Source: Candidatus Calditenuaceae archaeon HR02 (lineage in GTDB: Archaea; Thermoproteota; Nitrososphaeria_A; Caldarchaeales; Calditenuaceae). Taken from it: a DNA stretch of 32,000 nucleotides. Below are positions 25,001-32,000 of this stretch, one piece after another. Position 1 is the first letter of the stretch. Every line of letters begins with the position of its first letter. The translations under genes were made by a program, and so were the position numbers. The stretch is from positions 15,142 through 47,141 of the forward strand of contig BEHE01000015.1 in assembly GCA_002898395.1 (NCBI GenBank). The letters are read 5' to 3'. The notes under the pieces were generated by a model. It was not told the origin of the DNA, did not search any database, and saw only the letters and a list, made by a program, of their open reading frames with translations.

Positions 25001-25693
25001 TCACCTAATCAGCGGGAAGATGTTAGTGACTATGTAGTCTATAAACTCGGGCTCCGGCATCTTTGTGAAGGCGGTTACGACAGCATTTCTCGTTAAGCCT
25101 ATAATCTTTCCACCAGCTCGCGTGGTGTAGACAATGTACCATATCTTACCGTGGCTGAGATATTCCTGGTAGAGTGACGTATCCATGAGCGAGGGGCCGG
25201 CAAGGGCGAGCTTATCAACACCAGGTATATCGACTTGGTCAAACCAGATTAGCTTTGTCCCCTCCGGGTTGGACTCGTGTATCTGCTGCATGTTTTCTGG
25301 AGGGATATAGGCCTCGACGATGCTCTTATAGTTGAGGAAGAGGGCGTTCGAAAGGGTTGTGGCGGCCGAGTTTGCAAAGTGCTTCTCCTGGGCAATTGTC
25401 AGGAGTATCTTATCCCCCCTATTCCGAAACTCCACATAAGCCTCAATGGTCTTCACAATCGGCAGCTGCTTTCCCCTCTGCTTGATCCTGACAAGCTTAT
25501 CCCTGCTGAATATCCCCGAGATGTAATCCTTCCCCGCATTAATGTCACGCACATCGGTTAGCAGCTCAATATCCCTATCCTCCTCCTTAACCAGCTGCCT
25601 CTCCCTAAACTCGCCAAGCTTAGCCGCTATCGTGGCTAGAGAAACATCCTCCCTAATCTCGAAGATCTTAGCAGTAAGTACCATCGACTCCAT
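25001..25693 (-). CDS. Hypothetical protein (230 aa), transcribed divergently from ABCE1
   Basis: Long ORF with a TATA (CTTAAATAC on the - strand) about 25 nt upstream of the ATG and a T5 run downstream (24928-24932). No family recognised. Confidence 0.65.
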   Translation of the reverse strand: MESMVLTAKIFEIREDVSLATIAAKLGEFRERQLVKEEDRDIELLTDVRDINAGKDYISGIFSRDKLVRIKQRGKQLPIVKTIEAYVEFRNRGDKILLTIAQEKHFANSAATTLSNALFLNYKSIVEAYIPPENMQQIHESNPEGTKLIWFDQVDIPGVDKLALAGPSLMDTSLYQEYLSHGKIWYIVYTTRAGGKIIGLTRNAVVTAFTKMPEPEFIDYIVTNIFPLIR

Positions 25694-25855
25694 GACACAC
25701 GAGTTACGGCCGTATTTAAGAGATGATGAGCACGCGTTATGCCACGCTGTCTGGTGGGTTAGATTGAAGGGTAGATATTGAGGGCTATGAGATACTTTTG
25801 ATAGTGGGGAAGGCGTCCGTCTGTATGAGTCAAACCTCTAGCCAGGCGCTGCGGG

Positions 25856-27649
25856 GTGGTTGACACAGTGCTCCGAGTCGCAGTCATAGATCTTGACCAT
25901 TGCCAGCCAACAAAGTGTGGGACACCATGCATAACATTCTGTCCGCCGGTCAGAAATAAGATAGAGGCAATCAAGATGGGTGAGAATGGGTTTCCAATAA
26001 TTAACGAGGAACTCTGCATCGGCTGTGGGATATGTGTAGCCAAGTGCCCCTTCGAGGCGATAGCCATAGTAAATCTGCCGTCGGAGCTAGGAGGCGACCT
26101 CATACACCAGTATGGAGTGAACTCGTTTAGGCTCTATAGGCTCCCATACGCTGAGCCGGGGACAGTCACGGGGCTTCTCGGAAGAAACGGTATCGGGAAA
26201 TCCACCGCTCTATCGATTCTGGCAGGACAGCTCAAGCCCAACCTGGGAAAACTCGAAGATGGACAAGGCTGGGAGGAGGTTGCTAAGAGGTTTCGGGGCA
26301 CATTGATTCAAGACTATTTTAAAAGAATGTCGGCCGGGATGCTCCGCGTGACCTACAAGCCGCAGAACATAACTCAAATCCCCCGAGCGGTGAAGGGCAG
26401 GGTCCGCGAGATTCTAACCCGCATCGCAGGCTCTAAGCCGATAAACGATGTCGTAGAGAGGCTCGAGCTAGAACACCTCCTCGATAGAGAGGTCTCCGCT
26501 CTGAGCGGGGGCGAGCTCCAGCGGCTAGCAATTGCAGCGGCTATACTGAGGGGTGGGGATTGCTATATTTTCGACGAGCCCTCCAGCTTCCTTGACGTGA
26601 GACAGAGGGTAAGGGCGGCATCAGCGATTCGAAGCTTGGTGGGAGAAGGGGCGCGGGTCTTCGTCGCTGACCATGACCTCTCATTCCTCGACTATGTCTC
26701 CGACACCATATTCATCTTCTACGGCGAGCCCGGGGTCTATGGAATAGTCTCGGGCCCCTACAGCCTAAGCGAGGGAGTCAATACCTATCTAGAGGGCTAC
26801 GCACCCCTCGAGAACGTCAGGTTCAGAAGGTATGAAATAGCCTTCTCGTCTCATAGCCCTCCGGCACCTGACTCTGCGGGGGGACCGTCCATCTACTGGT
26901 ATCGGATGGCGAAGACGTATGGGTCTTTTAGGCTGGTAGTTGAGGAGGGTAGCGCCAAGATGGGAGAGGTGGTGGGGATTGTTGGGCCGAACGGCATAGG
27001 CAAATCCACCTTCATCAAGCTTCTAGCAGGGCTTGAGTCGGACGATTCGGGTAACAGGATTGAGTATAGGTCGCTCAGCTATAAACCACAGCACCCGGAG
27101 CCGAGAGACGAGACAGTCGCCGACGCCCTGAGGAGGGCGGCTGGAAAAGACTTCGACACTGAGCTCTATAGGTCGGAACTACTGAGACCCCTCGGCCTCG
27201 ACAGACTCCTAGATAGAAACATGATGGACCTTAGCGGTGGAGAGCTACAGCGCGTGGCTATTGCCGAGACGCTGTCTAAGGAGGCCGCGATCTACCTCTT
27301 AGATGAGCCGAGCGCGTTCCTAGACGTAGAGGAGAGATACGTTGTTGCGCGGCTACTTAAGAGGCTGGCCAGGGAGAAGGGTGCCTACATATTCTTAGTG
27401 GAGCATGACTTGATGCTGGTTGACTTCTCCGCTACGAGGCTGATGGTCTTCACGGGAAAGCCGGGAATCGAGGGACGCGCCCTCCCGCCGATGAGTATGA
27501 GGGAGGGTTTCAACAGATTCCTCTCGGAGCTTGGCATAACATTCAGGCGCGACAAGAAAAGTAATAGGCCCCGCGTAAACAAGCCCGACTCGCGGCTTGA
27601 TAGGGCCCAGAAGGAGATGGGAGAGTACTACTATGTTGAGGCGGGATAG
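25856..27649 (+). CDS. abce1: ABCE1/RNase L inhibitor (ribosome-recycling ATPase)
   Basis: N-terminal 2x[4Fe-4S] domain (CQPTKCGTPCITFCP; CIGCGICVAKCP) followed by two NBDs (GRNGIGKST/LSGGELQR/FDEPSSFLD and GPNGIGKST/LSGGELQR/LLDEPSAFLD). The start may be GTG 25868. Confidence 0.95.
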   Translation: MVDTVLRVAVIDLDHCQPTKCGTPCITFCPPVRNKIEAIKMGENGFPIINEELCIGCGICVAKCPFEAIAIVNLPSELGGDLIHQYGVNSFRLYRLPYAEPGTVTGLLGRNGIGKSTALSILAGQLKPNLGKLEDGQGWEEVAKRFRGTLIQDYFKRMSAGMLRVTYKPQNITQIPRAVKGRVREILTRIAGSKPINDVVERLELEHLLDREVSALSGGELQRLAIAAAILRGGDCYIFDEPSSFLDVRQRVRAASAIRSLVGEGARVFVADHDLSFLDYVSDTIFIFYGEPGVYGIVSGPYSLSEGVNTYLEGYAPLENVRFRRYEIAFSSHSPPAPDSAGGPSIYWYRMAKTYGSFRLVVEEGSAKMGEVVGIVGPNGIGKSTFIKLLAGLESDDSGNRIEYRSLSYKPQHPEPRDETVADALRRAAGKDFDTELYRSELLRPLGLDRLLDRNMMDLSGGELQRVAIAETLSKEAAIYLLDEPSAFLDVEERYVVARLLKRLAREKGAYIFLVEHDLMLVDFSATRLMVFTGKPGIEGRALPPMSMREGFNRFLSELGITFRRDKKSNRPRVNKPDSRLDRAQKEMGEYYYVEAG

Positions 27650-27657
27650 GAGACACC

Positions 27658-28074
27658 CTATCTCTTCAGCATCACCTCGTGCTGATTTTCCCAGCTATGC
27701 CTGACAGCAGCTGCCACCTCGTTACAGGCAACCAACATTAACGCCTTCTCCAGTTTCCGAAACATCTTAGCCACCTCTCTCTGCCTCATCTTCAGGGCCT
27801 TCGCAGCCCTGTCCAAATCGTATCCAATGGGTGTGTAAAACTGGGATAGGTCAACGGGCGGCTGCGGCTTGTAGTCTCTGACGCGGTAGCACGCCTCAAG
27901 CCATGTGGAGGCCTCCTCCTTAGACGCGACATGCCTACTGCTCCAGAGCCTCAAGACGCCGCTCTTCTGGGGCATTAGCTCACAGACAAGATCGGTTAAA
28001 GCCTCCCAAACGATGATGCTCCGTCTATCAGAGAAGGTCAAACCCTCAACGATGCAGATAATATAGCTCGTCAT
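27658..28074 (-). CDS. Hypothetical protein (138 aa) with a possible C-terminal HTH
   Basis: The ORF has a TATA-like AAATTAAG about 30 nt upstream. The segment IGYDLDRAAKALKMRQREVAKMFRKLEKAL resembles an HTH or sigma-region-4-like helix pair. Confidence 0.5.
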   Translation of the reverse strand: MTSYIICIVEGLTFSDRRSIIVWEALTDLVCELMPQKSGVLRLWSSRHVASKEEASTWLEACYRVRDYKPQPPVDLSQFYTPIGYDLDRAAKALKMRQREVAKMFRKLEKALMLVACNEVAAAVRHSWENQHEVMLKR

Positions 28075-28165
28075 ATCGAGGAGGCTCTAAATTGTATCCC
28101 AACTTAATTTCAACTTAAAGAGTTTCCCACTCAACTCCAATTTCTCAGATGGCGGAGAGTAGCCA

Positions 28166-28909
28166 TCATAGTCTGCTTCTAAGCCGTCTAAGGAATTTCT
28201 CTGTCCTCTCCTTCTTCGGCCGCTCAAGGACCTCCTTAGCATCACCCTCCTCAACGATTAAACCTTCGTCTATGAAGACTACCCTATCTGCCGCCGCCTC
28301 AGCGAAGTCAAGCTCGTGTGTGACAATGAGCATGGCCCTGCCCTGTTTCGCTACCTGATAGAGGGTCTCGACAACCTCGTATCTCAGCTCAGGGTCCAGC
28401 GCAGAGGTGGGCTCATCAAGTAGGAGCAGCTTAGGGTCAATTGCCAAGGCCCTAGCTATGGCGGCCCTCTGCTGCTGGCCGCCTGAGAGCTCCAGAGGAA
28501 ACTTTTCAGCTAACTCTCCGAGGCCGAGCACATCTAGGATGGACTGAGCTATCTTCTCTGCCTCGCGCCTACTCATCCCCTTGCCAAGCTCTAAGGGGAG
28601 GGCTACATTTCTAATAACTGTCATGTGGGGGAATAGATTGTACTGCTGGAAGACGAATCCTGTACTCGCCCTAATTCTCCTTAGGGTGGCTGGGTCAGGG
28701 TTAACAACGAGGCCGTTAATGCGAATCTCCCCGCTCCAAGGCCTCACCAGGTATGGTATGCACTTTAGGAGGGTGCTCTTACCGGAGCCGCTTGGACCCA
28801 GAATAACGACTTTCTCACCCTTCTTAACGCTCAGATTGATGCCTCTTAGGACCTCAATCCTCCCGTAACCGGCCCTTAACCCGCTAATTTGTAGCAGCTC
28901 CCCACTCAA
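28166..28909 (-). CDS. Polar amino-acid ABC transporter ATP-binding protein (GlnQ/ArtP-like)
   Basis: GPSGSGKST, LSGGQQQRAAIARAL and LLLDEPTSALDPE. Confidence 0.9.
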   Translation of the reverse strand: MSGELLQISGLRAGYGRIEVLRGINLSVKKGEKVVILGPSGSGKSTLLKCIPYLVRPWSGEIRINGLVVNPDPATLRRIRASTGFVFQQYNLFPHMTVIRNVALPLELGKGMSRREAEKIAQSILDVLGLGELAEKFPLELSGGQQQRAAIARALAIDPKLLLLDEPTSALDPELRYEVVETLYQVAKQGRAMLIVTHELDFAEAAADRVVFIDEGLIVEEGDAKEVLERPKKERTEKFLRRLRSRL

Positions 28910-29574
28910 ACTAGCGCCCTCTTATACCCAGGAATAGCATAACGGGTCTCCAGCATCTTGGAGAACTGAGATGTGGGTAGGCAGATAGCGAGATATATCG
29001 CAGCGGCCAGCAAGTAAATCTCGGGCATAAACGTATAGGAGACCATATACTCAGTCCTTCTAAACAGCTCTGCGACACCAATAATCGAGGCCAGCGACGT
29101 ATACTTGATGAGGGCTACAAACTCGTTGACTAGGGCAGGCGTGGCAACTCGGATGGCCTGTGGGAAAATGATGAATCGATAAGTCTGGACAGTTGTCATT
29201 CCAAGCGACTCTGCAGCAAGATACTGCTCTTCGGGAATACTCTTAATGGCCGAGCGGAGAATTTCGGCCTGATAAGCCGCACTATTAAACCCGATCGCTA
29301 TAACAGAGGCCGTGAAGGCGTCCAGCCTAATGCCTACTGCAGGAAGACCAAAGTAGATAAAGAATATCTGCACAAGTAGTGGGGTTCCGCGGAAGAATTC
29401 AATGTATGAGCGGGAAAACACTGAGAGGGGTTTCGACCCAAAGACCCTAGCCGCAGCCAAGACCGAGCCTAGAGCCAAGCCGAGAGAGAAGGAGAGAAGC
29501 GTCAGCTGCATCGTGACGGGTATGCCCTCCATCAGGTAGGGGAGAATCTGGAACAAAAAACGGCTAATGTCCAA
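28906..29574 (-). CDS. Polar amino-acid ABC transporter permease (HisM/GlnP family)
   Basis: About 5 TM helices and an EAA-loop-like AAESLGMTTVQTYRFIIFPQAIR. It overlaps the ATPase gene by 4 nt. Confidence 0.9.
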   Translation of the reverse strand: MDISRFLFQILPYLMEGIPVTMQLTLLSFSLGLALGSVLAAARVFGSKPLSVFSRSYIEFFRGTPLLVQIFFIYFGLPAVGIRLDAFTASVIAIGFNSAAYQAEILRSAIKSIPEEQYLAAESLGMTTVQTYRFIIFPQAIRVATPALVNEFVALIKYTSLASIIGVAELFRRTEYMVSYTFMPEIYLLAAAIYLAICLPTSQFSKMLETRYAIPGYKRALV

Positions 29575-29588
29575 CTCCTAAATAATTT

Positions 29589-30419
29589 TTACTGCCCAAG
29601 CCACTTATTAATTTCTTCCTCGAAAATCCTATTCATCTCACCGGTTGACGTAAGGTCCTCTATCACCTTATTGACTATGTATTTCAGCTCCTCTTCTCCC
29701 TGTGGAATCCCTATAGCGGCGCCACTTAGGCTCCCAATCTTCAAGACTACAGCTAGGTCTGGGTCGCGGGAAGCGAGCACAGTTGCTATTATGTCGCCCA
29801 CGATTATCGCGTCGAGGTCGCCTCTCTTAAGCGTCATCACCATCTCGGGGTAGACACGGTCGTAGGAGACTATGTTAGCCTTTCCCCCCAAGTTCTCTTT
29901 GGCCCACTCCTCCTGTATCGTGCCCTGCTGGACGCCGATATTTTTGCCGACCAGCGAGGACTCTGAGGTGATTTGGGACGCCTTGCTCTTAAGCACCACG
30001 ACCGCGGCGTCGTATGCCACATAGTATCCCTTCGAGAAGTCAATCTCCCTTTCACGCTCCGCCGTGTGATGAAGGTCAGCCAAGATAAGGTCGATCTGCC
30101 CGGCCTTCAAGGCCTGAATCAGAGCACCAAACTTCATATCGCGGATCTCAAGCTTGACACCGATCTCCCGTGCAATCCTATCAGCAATCACCATGTCTAT
30201 ACCCGCGAAGTTCCCCTTCGCGTCTATGTACTCGAAGGGCGGCCAGTCTGCGCTCGTACCGACGATCAGAACTCCTCTACTCTTAATCGTTTCAAGTAGC
30301 GACGGCTTAGATGGTGGAGCCATGAGTGAAGAAGCTGCATAAAACCCGCCGGCGCCGACAACGATACCAACAACCAGCGCCACTGCAATCCATACTGCAC
30401 CGACGCTTTTAGCCGCCAT
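29589..30419 (-). CDS. Family-3 (polar amino acid) substrate-binding protein, membrane-anchored
   Basis: N-terminal TM anchor and an SBP_bac_3-like body (GTSADWPPFEY, GIDMVIADRIA, DLILADL). A TATA TTTAAATA lies about 32 nt upstream. Confidence 0.9.
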   Translation of the reverse strand: MAAKSVGAVWIAVALVVGIVVGAGGFYAASSLMAPPSKPSLLETIKSRGVLIVGTSADWPPFEYIDAKGNFAGIDMVIADRIAREIGVKLEIRDMKFGALIQALKAGQIDLILADLHHTAEREREIDFSKGYYVAYDAAVVVLKSKASQITSESSLVGKNIGVQQGTIQEEWAKENLGGKANIVSYDRVYPEMVMTLKRGDLDAIIVGDIIATVLASRDPDLAVVLKIGSLSGAAIGIPQGEEELKYIVNKVIEDLTSTGEMNRIFEEEINKWLGQ

Positions 30420-30596
30420 ATTCGGTTAGAGTAAGGATGTGTTTTATTTAAAGCTTTTTAGAAGAATACACAATATTTGCTATATTTACAACTTTAGTCT
30501 AGGGACTAGTTTAAAGCCTTTAGGAGGACAGAAGGCTACAACCCATATTGCTCTACAATAAGAAGATATATATTGTGGGGAAAGGCTGGTATAAGC

Positions 30597-30935
30597 ATGT
30601 CGCGTTATAAGGCCCCCGATCTTCCGGCAGAGAAGGTGACCCCGGAGCTGGTTAGAGACGAGCTGCTGAAGTGCTTTGAGAGCGCTAATAGGGAGTTCCT
30701 GGAGATTTTAGGCCAGCCTTATCAAGACGATGTGCTGAAGCAACAGGTACGCCAGTTCCTCGAAGGAGTGTTTAAACAGTGTGGTGTAAGCATCGAGAAG
30801 CCGACTAAGGAGGGGCTCTTGACGGCGATAGAGGCGTGTAAAGCTAATGCTGAAAAGATGATGGGAGAGAAGGGTGTAGCAGTTATCAGACATCACTATG
30901 AAGAGATGATGAAGCTGATAAACAAGCTCCGCTGA
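30597..30935 (+). CDS. Hypothetical all-helical protein (112 aa)
   Basis: ATG 30597 lies about 27 nt after the TATA GATATATATT. The TTG start in the track (30573) falls inside that TATA. No family recognised. Confidence 0.6.
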   Translation: MSRYKAPDLPAEKVTPELVRDELLKCFESANREFLEILGQPYQDDVLKQQVRQFLEGVFKQCGVSIEKPTKEGLLTAIEACKANAEKMMGEKGVAVIRHHYEEMMKLINKLR

Positions 30936-30999
30936 GACGCGTCTTACCTATTGAAATCATAAAAATACTGGGTTTGGTGACTGGTTCTCTTATACTCCT

Positions 31000-31820
31000 T
31001 TAAGCCAGGAGCTCGGCCTTCACCAGCGCATCTACGAGTTCCTTTATCGGTTCTCGAATCTTCTTGACTGGCGTTAATTTGCTCACCCCCATTATCTTCT
31101 TGATTTGTTTCTAAGGTTTTGTGTTGCATCTGGGGCATCTGTGTTTATGTATTGTTGAGATTTTGAGGAGTATTTAAACCCCCTACCATACGCACCACTA
31201 CCAGCGGCTGGATAGTATCTGAGCCTTAACCCCTCAAGCCTTACTTTAAGAATGTCTGAGGAGTAGTCTTACCCTGATTGGCCTATCCCTGTTTAATAGT
31301 AGTTCTGAGGCCTTGGCAGTTATCCTTACCCTAAGCCTGCCTGAGTCGATATCGTATTCTAGGCTCCCTGATATAGAGGCCGTCCTCGAGTGGAGTCTCG
31401 ATGACAGCCTTACCGCCTCCGTTAATCATTCCCTCTAGTTCTGGTGTCTTAATCTTGTGCCTCGGCCCTCCACTGTGGTGTGTTGCTGAGGGCTAGGCCT
31501 ATTCGGGAATGTAGGGAGAGGTGGCCTAAACCGTATATTAGTGTCGATGGGATGGTATAGATATGAGATACTGTGATGTTCATAGGAGAAGAGACGACAC
31601 CGGCTTCCGGATAACCTATACAATGGATGGTGAAAACTTTAGATACACTGATTCTCCATTGGAGATTCCAGTAGGTCCTGGAGATCAGGTATTCGTGGAT
31701 GTTATACCAGTAGTCCACACGGATGGTTTTATTGGGCTTCTTAGGAGGGGTGTCGAGGTATACTGCCTCGCTACGTAGGTATAGGAGGTCTAGGATAGGT
31801 GGGAGGGCCAGGATCAGGGC
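31000..31820 (-). pseudogene. Decayed coding region of unrecognised family (at least 3 frame disruptions)
   Basis: Consecutive - strand ORF fragments sit in different frames: 31449..about 31820, about 31340-31492, about 31250-31340, about 31130-31250 and 31000-31092. They show C-ending codon bias typical of this genome, but stops or frameshifts separate them. The region has lower GC than its surroundings. Confidence 0.35.
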
Positions 31821-31823
31821 TAG

Positions 31824-32000
31824 GGTTGTTGCGCGGCTAAGGTGATGCTCCACGTAGGGTTTGATGAAGGAGCCTTGAACGAGCTGGTGTATGTAGGCGG
31901 GGGGTTCGGCTCGAAGATTCACTGCTACGGTGCTGAGGCGGTGGTACTTTACCTGGCTATGAAGTTGGGCGTTCCTGTAAAGTGGATTGAGACGAGGGAG
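31824..32000 (+). pseudogene. 5'-truncated fragment of a CoxL/xanthine-dehydrogenase-family molybdopterin-binding large subunit (continues past the window edge)
   Basis: The in-frame translation ...[56 protein letters not shown] matches the mid-protein GGGFGxK...LGxPVKWxExR motif, which normally sits about 250 residues into these proteins. A TAG stop lies at 31821 and no compatible upstream ORF exists in any + frame. Confidence 0.5.

Noticed and set aside
25723-25729. C-box-like ATGATGA in the intergenic region upstream of ABCE1
   Set aside because: No D or D' (CUGA) boxes sit at the expected spacing. The adjacent AT-rich element is better explained as the TATA box of the divergent 230-aa gene.
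30447-30517. Two TTTAAAGC(N)TTTAG motifs 63 bp apart in the AT-rich divergent region upstream of the amino-acid ABC operon
   Set aside because: The first coincides with the SBP gene TATA box. A short AT-rich repeat in an AT-rich promoter region is likely to be chance, and nothing supports it as an operator.
31563-31778. 71-aa + strand ORF with a well-placed TATA-like CGTATATTAG about 27 nt upstream
   Set aside because: Its G/C third-position content (about 44%) is lower than that of the opposite-strand frame (about 55%, with the genome-typical C-ending codons). I therefore treat the - strand as the former coding strand. This is not fully excluded.
1-32000. Scan for CRISPR arrays, rRNA, tRNA and intact IS elements
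   Set aside because: I saw no regularly spaced direct repeats, no tRNA-like acceptor/T-arm sequences in the intergenic regions, and no recognisable transposase or integrase ORF. A manual scan cannot exclude short or divergent ncRNAs.

Overview
This looks like a compact, roughly 55-58% GC archaeal chromosome segment, most likely from a crenarchaeal/TACK hyperthermophile. That placement is an inference from four things: a short nuclease-only XPF, a LysW/ArgX carrier-protein pathway, Sec61-beta and ABCE1, and TATA boxes about 25-30 nt upstream of mostly leaderless starts. About 40 genes are supportable.

Genes in order:
- Left part (1-8100): Sec61-beta (missing from the ORF track), a possible 49-aa Lys/Ala-rich protein, a MobA-like nucleotidyltransferase, an SDR, a thioredoxin-like CPHC protein next to a VKOR homologue, a 79-aa ubiquitin-like protein ending in GG, Lrp/AsnC, a TIGR00725/LOG-like protein, XPF with uncharacterised neighbours, a THUMP protein and Hsp20.
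- Middle part (8100-18800): a zinc-ribbon membrane protein operon, TrxB, endonuclease V, an Fe/cobalamin-type ABC importer, RpiA, a secreted coiled-coil protein followed by a membrane-tethered wHTH protein, and ArgH.
- Right part (18800-32000): a complete LysW-dependent lysine/arginine cluster (argX-lysY-lysZ, then lysW-lysX-lysJ-lysK), ABCE1, a polar amino-acid ABC importer, and a lower-GC decayed region that abuts a 5'-truncated CoxL/xanthine-dehydrogenase-family fragment at the window edge.

I found no rRNA, tRNA, CRISPR array or intact mobile element. I also see no convincing new multi-gene system such as a defence island. The best candidates for follow-up are the stand-alone ubiquitin-type GG protein, the secreted helical His/Arg/Gly-tailed protein paired with a transmembrane wHTH regulator, the unannotated Lys/Ala-rich mini-protein, and the head-to-head gene-truncation junction at 31.8 kb. 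Every family assignment rests on motifs I recognised by eye. No database search was run.
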